From an uncultured Verrucomicrobiae bacterium (GTDB lineage Bacteria > Verrucomicrobiota > Verrucomicrobiia > Limisphaerales > JAFGQR01), in contig CAWBHS010000102.1 of assembly GCA_963788655.1 (NCBI GenBank), positions 41,835-105,834 on the forward strand: a DNA stretch of 64,000 nt, given 5' to 3'. The notes under the pieces are model-generated. The model saw only the letters and a program-made list of their open reading frames with translations, had not been told where the DNA came from and did not search any database. Below, one piece after another: positions 27,739 through 38,406 of this stretch. The translations under genes and the position numbers were made by a program. Numbering within the stretch: the stretch's first letter is position 1; every line of letters begins with the position of its first letter.

Positions 27739-29886
27739 ATGAGAAATGAGCGTGATCGATTTCTAATGTGTCCGGCAGATTACTTCGACGTGAACTACGT
27801 CATCAATCCCTGGATGAACGGCAACGTTGGCAAAGCCACCCGGAGCCAGGCCAAGGAACAATGGCAATCACTCCATGCGCTGCTGAAGGAGGTCGCGGAC
27901 GTGGAGATCATCCGGCCGCAACCTGGACTGCCCGACATGGTGTTCACCGCCAATGCCGGAGCGGTGGTGGGCAACAAGGTCGTCTTGAGCCATTTCCTGC
28001 ATCGGGAACGACGCGGCGAGGAGCCGCTGTTTTTGGATTGGTTTCGAGAAGCGGGATTTGAGGTCTTCGAGATGCCACGGGATCTGCCGTTCGAGGGTGC
28101 CGGCGATGCCCTGCTGCAACGCGAGGGAGGTTGGCTGTGGGCCGCCTACGGTCTGCGCGGCGAACTGGATGCGCACCCCTTGCTGGCCCAATGGCTCGGC
28201 GTCGAGGTGATGTCGTTGCGCTTGATCGATCCACGGTTCTACCATCTCGACACCTGCCTGTGCCCGCTGGAAGACGGTTGGCTGATGTATTATCCGCCAG
28301 CCTTCGATGCGGACTCCAACCGGCTGATCGATGAATGCGTGCCCACGGCCAAGCGGATCATCGTCCGAGAGGCCGATGCCGTGCGGTTTGCGTGCAACGC
28401 GGTGAACGTGGGGCACCAGGTCTTTTTGAACCAGGCCAGTGACCAATTGCGCGGAGAATTGGAAGACGCCGGCTTCGATGTGCTCGAAACGCCCCTCGAT
28501 GAATTCATGAAGGCCGGTGGCGCTGCCAAATGTCTGACATTGCGCCTGAACGAGCCCGTGCTGCAACGAGCGCATCCCGCCAGCACCGTGCAAAGTCGCG
28601 TCGTGCGGCTCGAAGGTCAGTTGCTTGACACCGGATTGTTGGACCGCGCGCTCGACGTGATCGTGGACGGCGGCGGCAGTTTTCATATCCGGCAGTTCCA
28701 TCTGGGTCGGCAACGGCAAAGCAGTTCCGAAGCGGAGATTCAAGTGTCGGCGCCGGCCAACGCGGTGTTGGACAAACTCATGCCGCGGTTGATCGACCTG
28801 GGCGCGACGGTGATGGCCCAGGAAGAGACCGATGCCGCGTTGCTGTCGGTGACGCAAGCGGGCGTCGCACCAGAAGATTTTTACGCCACGACCATTTACC
28901 CCACCGAAGTCCGCAGCGACGGCCAATGGCTCCACGTGCAAGACCAGCGCATGGACGCGGTCGTGGCGGTAGGAAGCGAAGACGATGGACCAGTGGCACG
29001 CTGCAAACTGTTCCGGCAACTTCAGGTGGGCGACCAGGTAGTCGTGGGCAGCACGGGCATTCGCACGTTCCGCAAAACCAGCACGCGCGAGCATGCCATG
29101 GGCTTGCCGGCGGAACGCGAGTTCGAGTTCATGGGCGCTGCCGTTTCCAGTGAACGGCGCGTGGAACTGGCCGTGGAACGGATTTCCTGGGAGATGCGCC
29201 GCATTCGCGAGCAAGGCGGCAAAACGGCGGTCGTTGCCGGACCGGTCGTCGTTCACACCGGCGGCGCCCGGCATTTGGCCTCGTTGATTCGCGACGGCTA
29301 CGTTCACGCGGTGCTGGGCGGCAACGGCCTGGCCACGCACGATATCGAGCAGGCGCTGCTGGGCACATCGTTGGGCGTCGATGTAAGGTTGGGCACCGGC
29401 GTGCGCGGCGGGCATCGGCATCATCTGCGCGCCATCAACACCATCCGCCGTTGCGGCGGCATTCGCCCGGCGGTGGAACAAGACGTATTGACCAGCGGGA
29501 TTTTCTACGAGTGTGTTCGCCGGAACGTGCCCTTTGCCCTGGCAGGTTCCATTCGCGATGACGGCCCACTGCCGGACACCCAGATGGATTTGGTCAAAGC
29601 TCAGGAAACATACGCCCGCCTGATCAAGGATGCGGACATGATCCTGATGTTGTCTTCGATGCTGCACTCCATTGGCGTGGGCAACATGACTCCGGCCGGC
29701 GTGAAATTGGTGTGCGTCGATATCAATCCCGCCGTGGTGACCAAATTGAGCGACCGCGGCTCGGTGGAATCCTTGGGCATCGTCACCGACGTAGGCTCGT
29801 TCCTGAATCTGCTGGCCCAACGGCTGCGGCGTTTTGAACACGAAACCACCCGGGGGCGGAAACGCGAATTGGCTGCGACGGGCTGA
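27739..29886 (+). CDS. argZ: ArgZ/AgrE-type bifunctional arginine dihydrolase / ornithine cyclodeaminase (amidinotransferase + LOR/SDH + TIGR00300-type domain)
   Basis: V.YVINPWM, MVFTANAG, FEGAGD, FYHLDT, GGAAKC; C-terminal AGPVVVHTG, HDIE, AGSIRDDGPLPD, MLHSIGVGN, KLSDRGS; 715 aa. Confidence 0.85.
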   Translation: MRNERDRFLMCPADYFDVNYVINPWMNGNVGKATRSQAKEQWQSLHALLKEVADVEIIRPQPGLPDMVFTANAGAVVGNKVVLSHFLHRERRGEEPLFLDWFREAGFEVFEMPRDLPFEGAGDALLQREGGWLWAAYGLRGELDAHPLLAQWLGVEVMSLRLIDPRFYHLDTCLCPLEDGWLMYYPPAFDADSNRLIDECVPTAKRIIVREADAVRFACNAVNVGHQVFLNQASDQLRGELEDAGFDVLETPLDEFMKAGGAAKCLTLRLNEPVLQRAHPASTVQSRVVRLEGQLLDTGLLDRALDVIVDGGGSFHIRQFHLGRQRQSSSEAEIQVSAPANAVLDKLMPRLIDLGATVMAQEETDAALLSVTQAGVAPEDFYATTIYPTEVRSDGQWLHVQDQRMDAVVAVGSEDDGPVARCKLFRQLQVGDQVVVGSTGIRTFRKTSTREHAMGLPAEREFEFMGAAVSSERRVELAVERISWEMRRIREQGGKTAVVAGPVVVHTGGARHLASLIRDGYVHAVLGGNGLATHDIEQALLGTSLGVDVRLGTGVRGGHRHHLRAINTIRRCGGIRPAVEQDVLTSGIFYECVRRNVPFALAGSIRDDGPLPDTQMDLVKAQETYARLIKDADMILMLSSMLHSIGVGNMTPAGVKLVCVDINPAVVTKLSDRGSVESLGIVTDVGSFLNLLAQRLRRFEHETTRGRKRELAATG

Positions 29887-29917
29887 TCGCTTGGCGAACC
29901 TAAAACCTGGAGTTGAG

Positions 29918-30159
29918 TTAACCGCGGATTGCCCAGTGCAGCGGAGCCGCAACCAAAGTTGAAGGGGTGAAGCGTGAACAGGTGAAGCGTGAAGGAACTT
30001 GCGCAGCCGGCGCAAAACTTCAGAGATGGTAGTATGGATTGCACAGATAGGAAAAAGGTGGTTGAAATCGAATCTTTCGACTGCTGGGGGGTCTGGTTTT
30101 CGAACGTCCCGGTTCAACAAGTTTTTGTATCGGTGATAATCCCTGCAGTCCGTGGTTAA
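29918..30159. repeat. Inverted TTAACC(A/G)CGGA arms enclosing further short repeats
   Basis: TTAACCGCGGATT (29918-29930) vs AGTCCGTGGTTAA (30147-30159). Confidence 0.5.
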
Positions 30160-30252
30160 GTTCCGCATTCACGAATACGTTGGATTCGGGTAAGCGCATC
30201 CTCCCTGATTTGTCCCCTTCGCCGCCGTGCCTGGACTTTTTGCCGCCTTTAA

Positions 30253-30525
30253 GAGCCGGTTTTAAAATCCGGCGTGGTCCTGTTTTCTCGGAAAAGGCCG
30301 GCTGGCGAGGCGCGACGAACGCGCATACCCGCAGCGGTCTGTAAGCGAGGAGCAACGAAGCCAGCCGGCCTTTTCCGCGACAACCCGCAGCGCGGCGGGT
30401 CTTTTGAACGCGGGCTTCGTTGGCTCGATCCTTACAGCCCTCTGCGGGGATGCGCGAACCGCGCCGCCTCGGCCCGCGTCCAAAATCCCTCGCCGCAGAA
30501 CCGCGCCCAATTTTAAAACAGGCTC
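30253..30525 (-). mobile_element. 273-bp MITE, copy 2 (inverted relative to copy 1)
   Basis: Same TIRs and internal sequence; TAA duplicated at 30250-30252 and 30526-30528. Confidence 0.85.
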
Positions 30526-30531
30526 TAAGAC

Positions 30532-30692
30532 TTCTGCCAGGCACCCCACATTGATCCCCTCAATCCGCGAGCGGAACCCGACGATATGCAATTGTCTCAC
30601 CGCGAGATGCTTCCCGCTCCGTCGCGAGCCGTGGAATGCAAAACGGTCTTGTTCGTTATGAAAATATTGTCGGTCGTGGACGCAATCATGCG
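30532..30692 (+). repeat. Short copy of the ~200-bp element also found at 39392-39594; includes the ATG of the giant gene
   Basis: 30558-30692 vs 39460-39594: 131/135 identical; shared left end TTCTGCCAnGC. Confidence 0.9.
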
Positions 30693-33600
30693 CCGTCAGG
30701 TCGGGTTTTCAGGCGTTTGCCTGGCGACGTTCCTGGTTTTGTTCGCTGGCCTGGCCAGTGCGGAAACGTTTACGGGTTCCAATCAACCCGGAGCGTGGAC
30801 CGACTTCAACTTCGAGGTGGCTAACGGCAGCACCAATCTGTCGCTGACGGTTGGCAACAATTCCACCGCGTATTCGTATCTGCTACTCAAGGCGGGCGAA
30901 GCGCCGTCACTCCTGGACTACGATTTTGCCGCCAAGCAAAACGGCGTGGACAACACGATCTATCTGGAAACGCCCGAGTTGTTGGCCACCAACTACGTTG
31001 TGCGCGTTTATACTCCGTCCGGTTCAACGGCCCAGGCGTTTACCCTGACCGTGGAGCAGGACCAGCCCGGATTGCGCAGCAGCGTGAAGCCCGTGGCCAA
31101 GGGAGTCAGCAGTTTGACCGCGGGCAACCTTGAGCCGGGCCAATGGCATTATTTCAAAGTGGAACTGGGTTCGGGGCTGCCCGGCTGGATTATCAACCTG
31201 AACAGCGACCAGGCCGTGGACCTTTACGTGCGACGCGGCGCGTTGCCGACCACAGTCGCAGCGGACCGTTTGAGTGTGAACCATCCCGTGGACACCATCT
31301 ATTTCACCGGTGCGGAGGCAAGCCCAGGAATTTACCACGTCGGCGTACGGGTGCCAGACACGGCGGGGCAATCGGCCGCCTACACATTGCAGACAGCGCC
31401 GGGTGCCTTGACCACCCTTGACTGGGACTCGGGCCTGGCTCACGACGGCACGCAGGTCGTCACCCACGACACCGGCATGGCCGGGGACTACTATTTCAAA
31501 ATCACGACGCAAAATCCGGCGGTCGGGGTTTGGCGCACGGCGTTGGACGTGGCCGACGGCGAGGCCAGCGTTTATTTGAGTCGCGGACTGTTGCCGGCTG
31601 CGTACCTGCACCAGTTCGCTTCCACCAACGCCGGCGCCAATGGATTCGTCTTGCATTCGACACAATTCCAGGCGGGCGAAGAGTGGTTCCTATTGGTGAA
31701 GGCCGAAGCAGGTGCCCGCTGGCGTTTATGGAGCGGCGATGTGTTTGTGCAGAATCTCGGCACGCTGGCGGCCGACGGCTCCAGTAGCAGCGGCGCGGTT
31801 CCCATTGGGCCGGAAGGCATGCGGTTCTTCAAAACCACCGTGCCCGTCAATACGCTGGCCTGGCGATTGGGATTGAATGGTCCGGCCAATCCGATTCTGG
31901 TGAAGAAGAACGCAGCGCCGCATCCACTAACTCAAGGATACTGGCGGGCTTACGATTTGCAGCAGTCCGGTCAGATGCTGGTCGTGCCGGATTATCTGGT
32001 GCCGGGGAACGATGTGTATTTCGTCGCCGTGGTGGGGGCTCCAGGAACGGTCACCACGCTTGACTCACGACAACAGCCGGTGGCGGACTTCGCGTTCAAT
32101 GCGACGACGAATCTGACGGTGCCTAGTGCCGGCTACGCGACCTACCGCATCCAGGTGCCCGTGCAGCAGGTGGGTTGGCAGATCAACGTCACGCCGTCCA
32201 GCGGCAATCCCAATTTCGCCGTGCGCCGCAATCTTATCCCCAACGAGTGGCGCAATGATGCCCTGTCCGAAGCCAATGGCGATGTGGCGGATAGCATCGC
32301 GCTGGGGCCGCCCGTGCTGAGTGATGGCACGTTTTATCTGACGGTCTATGGTGCCGGCAGTTTCGCCTGCACCATAACGAGTGGTGATGCGCAGATCACC
32401 GACATCAATTATGTGGACGTTCGGATCAATGACGAACCCAATCGCGTCGGGTGGAAATTCTATCGCGTGGCCAATCTGCAGCAGCAAAGCGGCACGTTGG
32501 GCTGGGAGATCTTTTTGAGCAATTATCCGCCCGGTACGGAAATCGCCGTGCGCCGGAACGCCATTCCGTATCGGCGTAATTTCCGCACGGACGAGAACGG
32601 TTACGTCAATGAACAAGGAACCGTGGATGCCTCCAGCATGGAGGGATTTCTCCAACAACCGGCGCACCAGGCAGACGTTTGGTATATTGGCATCTACAAT
32701 CCCACCAACGAACTGGGCGCCTTCACCTTGACCACGCGGGAATTGGTCCCGGAGACTCTGGCGCTTGATGGCGGCATCTCCGTGCGCAGCGAGGTGGCGG
32801 CCGACTTGTGGCAATTTTTCCGGGTTGATATTCCGGCCGGCACCGTGGGATGGGATGTTCGATTAATCAACGTCACCGACGGCCAGCCGCGATTGGTGGT
32901 GCGGCGCGGTCAATTGCCCGTCAGCCTGGAGGACCGCACTGCCTCCGGTGGATCGTGGAATTTTCCTTACGCCTCGCAAACTTGGCCGGTGGGCTTCCAA
33001 TGGGCGCCTGACCGGGACTGGACCGGTTTCCCATACTCATCCGAGGATACTGACGAATCAGGGCGTATCCTGGCCGTAGGCTTGGGCAATCCGCTCGAAC
33101 CGGGCACTTACTACGTCGGCGTCAAAAGCGCAGCGAACGCTACGCCCATGAGCTATTCCATCCAAAGCCGGGCCATCGGACCCAACCAGGCGCTGCCGTT
33201 GACCGAATTGGGCTACGCGGGTGACAGCGTAACGAACCTAAACTTGCCGGCCCGCGAAGCAGCGTATTACCGTGTCGTGGTGCCAACGAATACCACCAGT
33301 TGGCAGGTCCGGCTCGAGGTGACTTCGGGGGAAGCATTGCTGCTCGCGCAAAAAGACACCATGCCCGGCATCCAACGCTATTGGGATTCCGTTTCCAGTT
33401 TCACGGGCGGGTTCAAAATGCAAAAAGCCGGGAACGAACATTTCCTGTTATCACCTGCAGAAGGGCAAACAAATCTCGCGGCGGGAACTTATTATCTCGC
33501 GGTGGTCAGCGAAGGCGAGGGACCGGAGCCGAGCCAGGGCCGCATCGGCACCGGTGGATGCAGTTACATTCTCACGAGCATCGGCAGCATTCCCGTGACG

Positions 33601-36600
33601 GACCTGGGCGCCATCGGCGGCGACGAAGTGGTCGTGACCAACGCGCCGGAAGGAGGCGCCGTTGCGGCGTATCAATTCAGCGCGCCCGCCGGCACGGCGG
33701 CGGTGGAACTTCGTTTGTCCGACCGCCAGGGAAATCCGTTAATGGCCGTGATTCCCGGCACGATCTGGCCGTGCGTGGCCGGGCTTTATGGCAGCAGTTT
33801 CGATGCGTACCGGATCCGAGGGCGGCTTCACCACAGGTCGCAAGGAAGGCGCCGAGTTGATCACGGTAGCCAATCCCTCGGGCGTCCTTTCGCTGCTGGT
33901 AAAAGCCAACACGCTTGGCGCAGACATTCCCGATGCCGCCTACACGCTGCATGTCCGGGCCTTGAATACGGAACCGCTGGCGTTTGACAACGGTGCCAGC
34001 ACCGTGACCAGTCACCCAGCCGGCACGTGGCGCTATTTTCAGGTGGAAGTGCCCCCCAATGCTCTGGGCTGGGACCTGCGGTTGGTTGATGTGACCAATT
34101 GCGCGCCGCAAATTGTTGTGCGGCGTGGGCAGGTGCCGGACCAGGTGTTCACCAGTTCCGGGGGCGACTGGCCCGAGTGGTATTACGGATCCACCCACGC
34201 GACCAACTGGCCCGTGGGATACCAGATGGCGGCCGACGCGGATTGGACCCAGCGCAATTACCCGGCGGACAGTCAAACGGAGGAGCGAGGACGTATATTG
34301 GCCCTCAGCGTGGGGAATCCGTTGGAGCCCGGCACCTATTATGTGGGCGTTGCCAATGCGAGCGAAGGCGGAGAACCGCTCACGTACACACTCATGAGTC
34401 GCGGCATTGGCGATGGCATGACGTTGCCAGTAACGCCGCTGGCGTATCAAGGCGGCATCGCCACCGAAGCGGGCTTGCCACCGCGGGAAGTTGCCTACTA
34501 CCGTGTGACCGTTCCCGAGAACGTCCCAAGCTGGCAAATCAAACTCACCACCCTCGCCGGCGAAGCCATGATGGTCGTCCAGCGTCACGGGCTACCGCAC
34601 ATTCAGGCGCAAACTTCAGGCATGATGGACTTCCCGCCCAGTGACGGTGGCCGACGCTGCCAGAAGGAGGGCAACGAACACTTTGTTCTGTTGCCGGAGG
34701 ATGGCCAACTCGCCGTGTCGCCGGGCGACTACTTCATCGCGGTTATCAGCGAAGGTGTGGCGCCGGATTACAGCCATATCGGCAGTGGGACCAGCGATGT
34801 CGAACTCACCAGCGTTGGTCTGCTGGCATCGAAGATCTGGGCGTCGTCAGCGGTGAACCGGCAGTGCGCTCCGTGGCGGTCGAGGGCGGAGAAACGCAAG
34901 CCTACCAGTTTACAGTTCCGGAAGGCGCGTCGAGCGTGGAAATTCGCTTGAGCGACCGCGTGGGCAATCCCTACCTGGCGGTGCGTCCCGGCGAGGGCTT
35001 GCCGTATCGGCTGTCTATGATCCAGCCTCGCAACTGAATTATTACGGCATCGTCGGCGGACAAGTTGCCGGACGATTGGAGGACACGGAGTTGGTCACCC
35101 TGGCGAATCCGGTGCCGGGCCTTTACAGCCTGATTGTCAAAGGCCAATCCTTCGATTACTCAGAAAATCAGTTCGCCGACGCAAGCGCGACATTGTCCGT
35201 GCAAACCTCCGGCACCGTTGAGCTTAGCTTTGATGGCGGCAGTGCAACCGTGGCCAATCAAGGTCCCGGCTCCTGGAGTTTTTACCGGGTGGATGTGCCC
35301 GCGAACGCCAACGGTTGGGACGTCCGATTAACCGAAGTGTCGGGCGGCCAGCCGCGATTGGTGGTTCGGCGAAACGCATTGCCGGAGACGACCGACGCCA
35401 CCGGGTGGGGCTACCAATCACGGTTCGCCGTCACCAATTGGCCGTCGGGAAATCGACTGAACTCCTACCAGGATTGGACCCGCCGTCAGTACTCGGCCGA
35501 TAGCACGACGGACCAAAGCTGGCACGTGCTGGCCCTTGGCATGGGCGAACCCTTGGAGCCCGGGATTTACTTCGTGGGCGTGTACAACGAGTCCTCCGAC
35601 CATCCGACCAGTTTTCGCATCCTGAGCCGGGGCATTGGCGACGGCATGTCGCTGCCCGTGACCGATCTGCCATTCGCAGGCGGGAGCGTTGCCGGCGTCG
35701 GTCTGGTCGCTCGCGAAGCGGCCTGATTACCGGGTCGTCGTTCCCGAGGGCGCCGCGAGTTGGAACGTAAAATTGACGACCACCGCCGGTGAAGCGCTGC
35801 TGGCGATTCAACAGCACACGCCGCCCAGCAGCGCAGTGCGGCCCGGAACCACTGACACGCTCTGGTATCCAACGCGCAACTGGGGGGCGGGTGGACAAAT
35901 GATGCAAAAGGCGGGCAATGAACACTTCGTTCTGCTGCCCGAGGAAGGCGAAAGCTTCATCCCCTCCGGCCCCTACTACCTGGTCGTCGTCAGCGAAGGG
36001 GTCAATCCGGCCGACGACTGGCACATTGGCACGGCCAGCAGCGATTATTTGCTGCAAAGTCTGGGCGAAGCCCCGGTGGTTTCGCTGGGCGACACCGAGG
36101 CGGGACCGTTGACGCACGCCAACAATCTCGAGGGCGGTGATCTGGCGCTGTATGCGTTCACGGTTCCGTCCGGCACTTTGGCCCTCGAAGCCCGGCTCGC
36201 AGACCGCCAGGGAAATCCCGTGTTGGCGCTGCGTCCCGGCGATGAGATCACTTACCACTACGAGTTCTATAGCTTCAACCTGCTGGGTTATTACGGCGTG
36301 GAAGGGGGATACAACTCCGGCATCCTCGGCGATTCCGTGGCGATCACCATTCCCAATCCGGAGTCTGGTCCTTACCGTTTGGCGGTTAAAGCGCGGAGCA
36401 CGGATGACGAACACACCTTTCCGGACACCGCTTACACGCTTCAGGTGCGCAGCCTGCCCATCCCGGAATTGAATTTCGACAGCCGGTTTAACACCAATGG
36501 TGGCTCGCATTCAGCCTCGGCGCTATTGGCGGACAACCAGCGGGCGTTCTACCGCATCGAAGTGCCCGAGTCCATCGCCGGCGAACCGGTATTGGGGTGG

Positions 36601-38358
36601 AAACTGAATATGTCCCAGACGCAGGGCCGCGCCTTGGTTCGGGTGCGCAAGGATGCGTTGCCGGCCGACAACGCACCGCGCACCACGCCCTTCGCTCTAT
36701 CGGCAGCGGTCATCGTGCCGCCGTACCTGGAATCTGGAACCTGGTTACATCGAAGTGAAAGGCGAAGGCGTCACGGAGTTCGCGCTGACGAGCAGCGTGC
36801 TCTCGCTGGAACGGCCGGTGTGGTCCATGCCGGAACCGGGGCAACCTGTCACCACGCCTGGTTTGACGGCGCCGGAATTTGCCGACAGCGGCATCGATGC
36901 CGACGGGCAACCACTGGCCGGCGACCAAGGCATTTATTTGGAGGACGGTAAATACCATTTCTACGCCCTCACAGTTCCAACCAACAATGCTGGATTGATT
37001 CAGGTGACCTTGGAGAACATTAGTGGCGACCCCAATCTCTACGCCCGTGTCGGATTGCCCCCCACGCTCACGCACGATGCGGACGGAGGAACCTGGGGCT
37101 ACTTGGTGAACCAGGAAATGGCCGGTACCGGCACCGAACATGGCAGTTGGGTGCCTGGCAGTGGACAACGGGAAACCCGCTTGACACCGGGAACCTGGTA
37201 CTTGGCGGTGCGCGCCGGCGGCAATTCCAATGCACGCTATCGTCTCAGGCTGTCCACCGGCAAGGTGCAGGATTTGACGCTCGAAGGTGGCAGCCTGGCC
37301 GGTCAAATTTTGTCTGCCGGCGAATGGCACTATTACCGGGTGAACCTGCCCGCCAGCCCGTCTGCGAACTGGCACGTCAGCTTCAGTCAGCAATCCGGTG
37401 AGGTCGAACTGTTCGTCCGGGACACCGTGCCGCCGGGTAACCCGGGCTATTGGGAATACTATGTCCCCGCGCGCGATTGGAATTACGACTACAAAAACCA
37501 CGGGCCGTATCCGCAAGCTCTGCCGCCAGGCACTCACACGTTTAGCCTGCCACCGCTGCGTCCGGCCAACGTGTATTACCTGGGATTCCGCGCCCGGAGT
37601 GACGCGGTGTTCAGCGTCAGTTCCAGCACAAGCGGTGATGCTTTGACGGTGACCCCGGTGAACTTCTACGGCGGCATCATCGACACCACCTTGCCGGCTT
37701 ACGCGTCGGCACTTTACCGGATTGACGTGCCGTCGGACGCCGTGCGTTGGCGGCACGCGGCGACCCATGCGGCGGAGGTGCAGACGTTCCTCGAACAGGG
37801 AACCGTGCCTCTCTTGGAAAACAGCCACTGGCAGTCTTACTGGGAAAACGAGCTCGCTGAACCAGAGCCTGGTCAATCCCAACGGCTGGCCTTGGTTGAT
37901 CAACCAGTCGGTACTTCTTGCTGGTCACCAACACGTCCGACGCCCCGCAACCGTTCTCCTCGACGATGGACGGCCGCACGCTGTTGACCGAAGACGAAGA
38001 TGAAGACGGCCTGCCCGATGCCTGGGAAACACGATATTTTGGCAATTCCTGGGCACAATACGGTAACGGTGATTTCGACGGCGACGGCCTTACCAACACC
38101 GAGGAATATCAACACAGCACCGACCCCACCAATCCCCAGACCCGCGGGCAACTCGTCTCGTTGCCACGACAAACGGCCGGTCGATTGCAGTTCCAATTCA
38201 CGGGGGAGCCCGGCCAGCGTTATCAAATCGAAAGCTCCACGAATCTGATTAACTGGCAGCCGGTCCAAGTGTTTACCAACCTCACTGGCACGACTTTGTT
38301 CGAAGACTCGACGACTAATGGCGCGCGATACTTTTACCGCTCAAGGTTGGTGCCGTGA
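30688..38358 (+). CDS. Giant (~2,550 aa) secreted/surface protein of tandem PPC-like beta-sandwich domains; about 7 apparent indels
   Basis: Signal peptide MRRQ...LASA; repeated W.(F/Y).V.VP...W...L....P.L.VRRG.LP; three ~400-aa superunits (GNPLEPGTYYVGV, QK.GNEHF.LLP); C-terminal DEDGLPDAWE/DFDGDG and Y.IESSTNL..W...FYR; frames join near 33810, 34830, 35030, 35725, 36745, 37855, 37915. Confidence 0.8.
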
Positions 38359-38406
38359 CCGCCGGTCGAATTGTCGGGAACAGTAAATAAATTGCGCGCA
38401 ATCGAC

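Noticed and set aside
27868..30168. Long antisense ORFs (766 aa here, 532 aa at 20338-21936, and similar)
   Set aside because: Shadows of real genes in GC-rich DNA with no protein motifs; short ORFs across REPs and MITEs were rejected likewise.
27335..30525. Composite transposon that delivered argZ
   Set aside because: Each MITE has its own different target duplication (TCA vs TAA), so they inserted independently.
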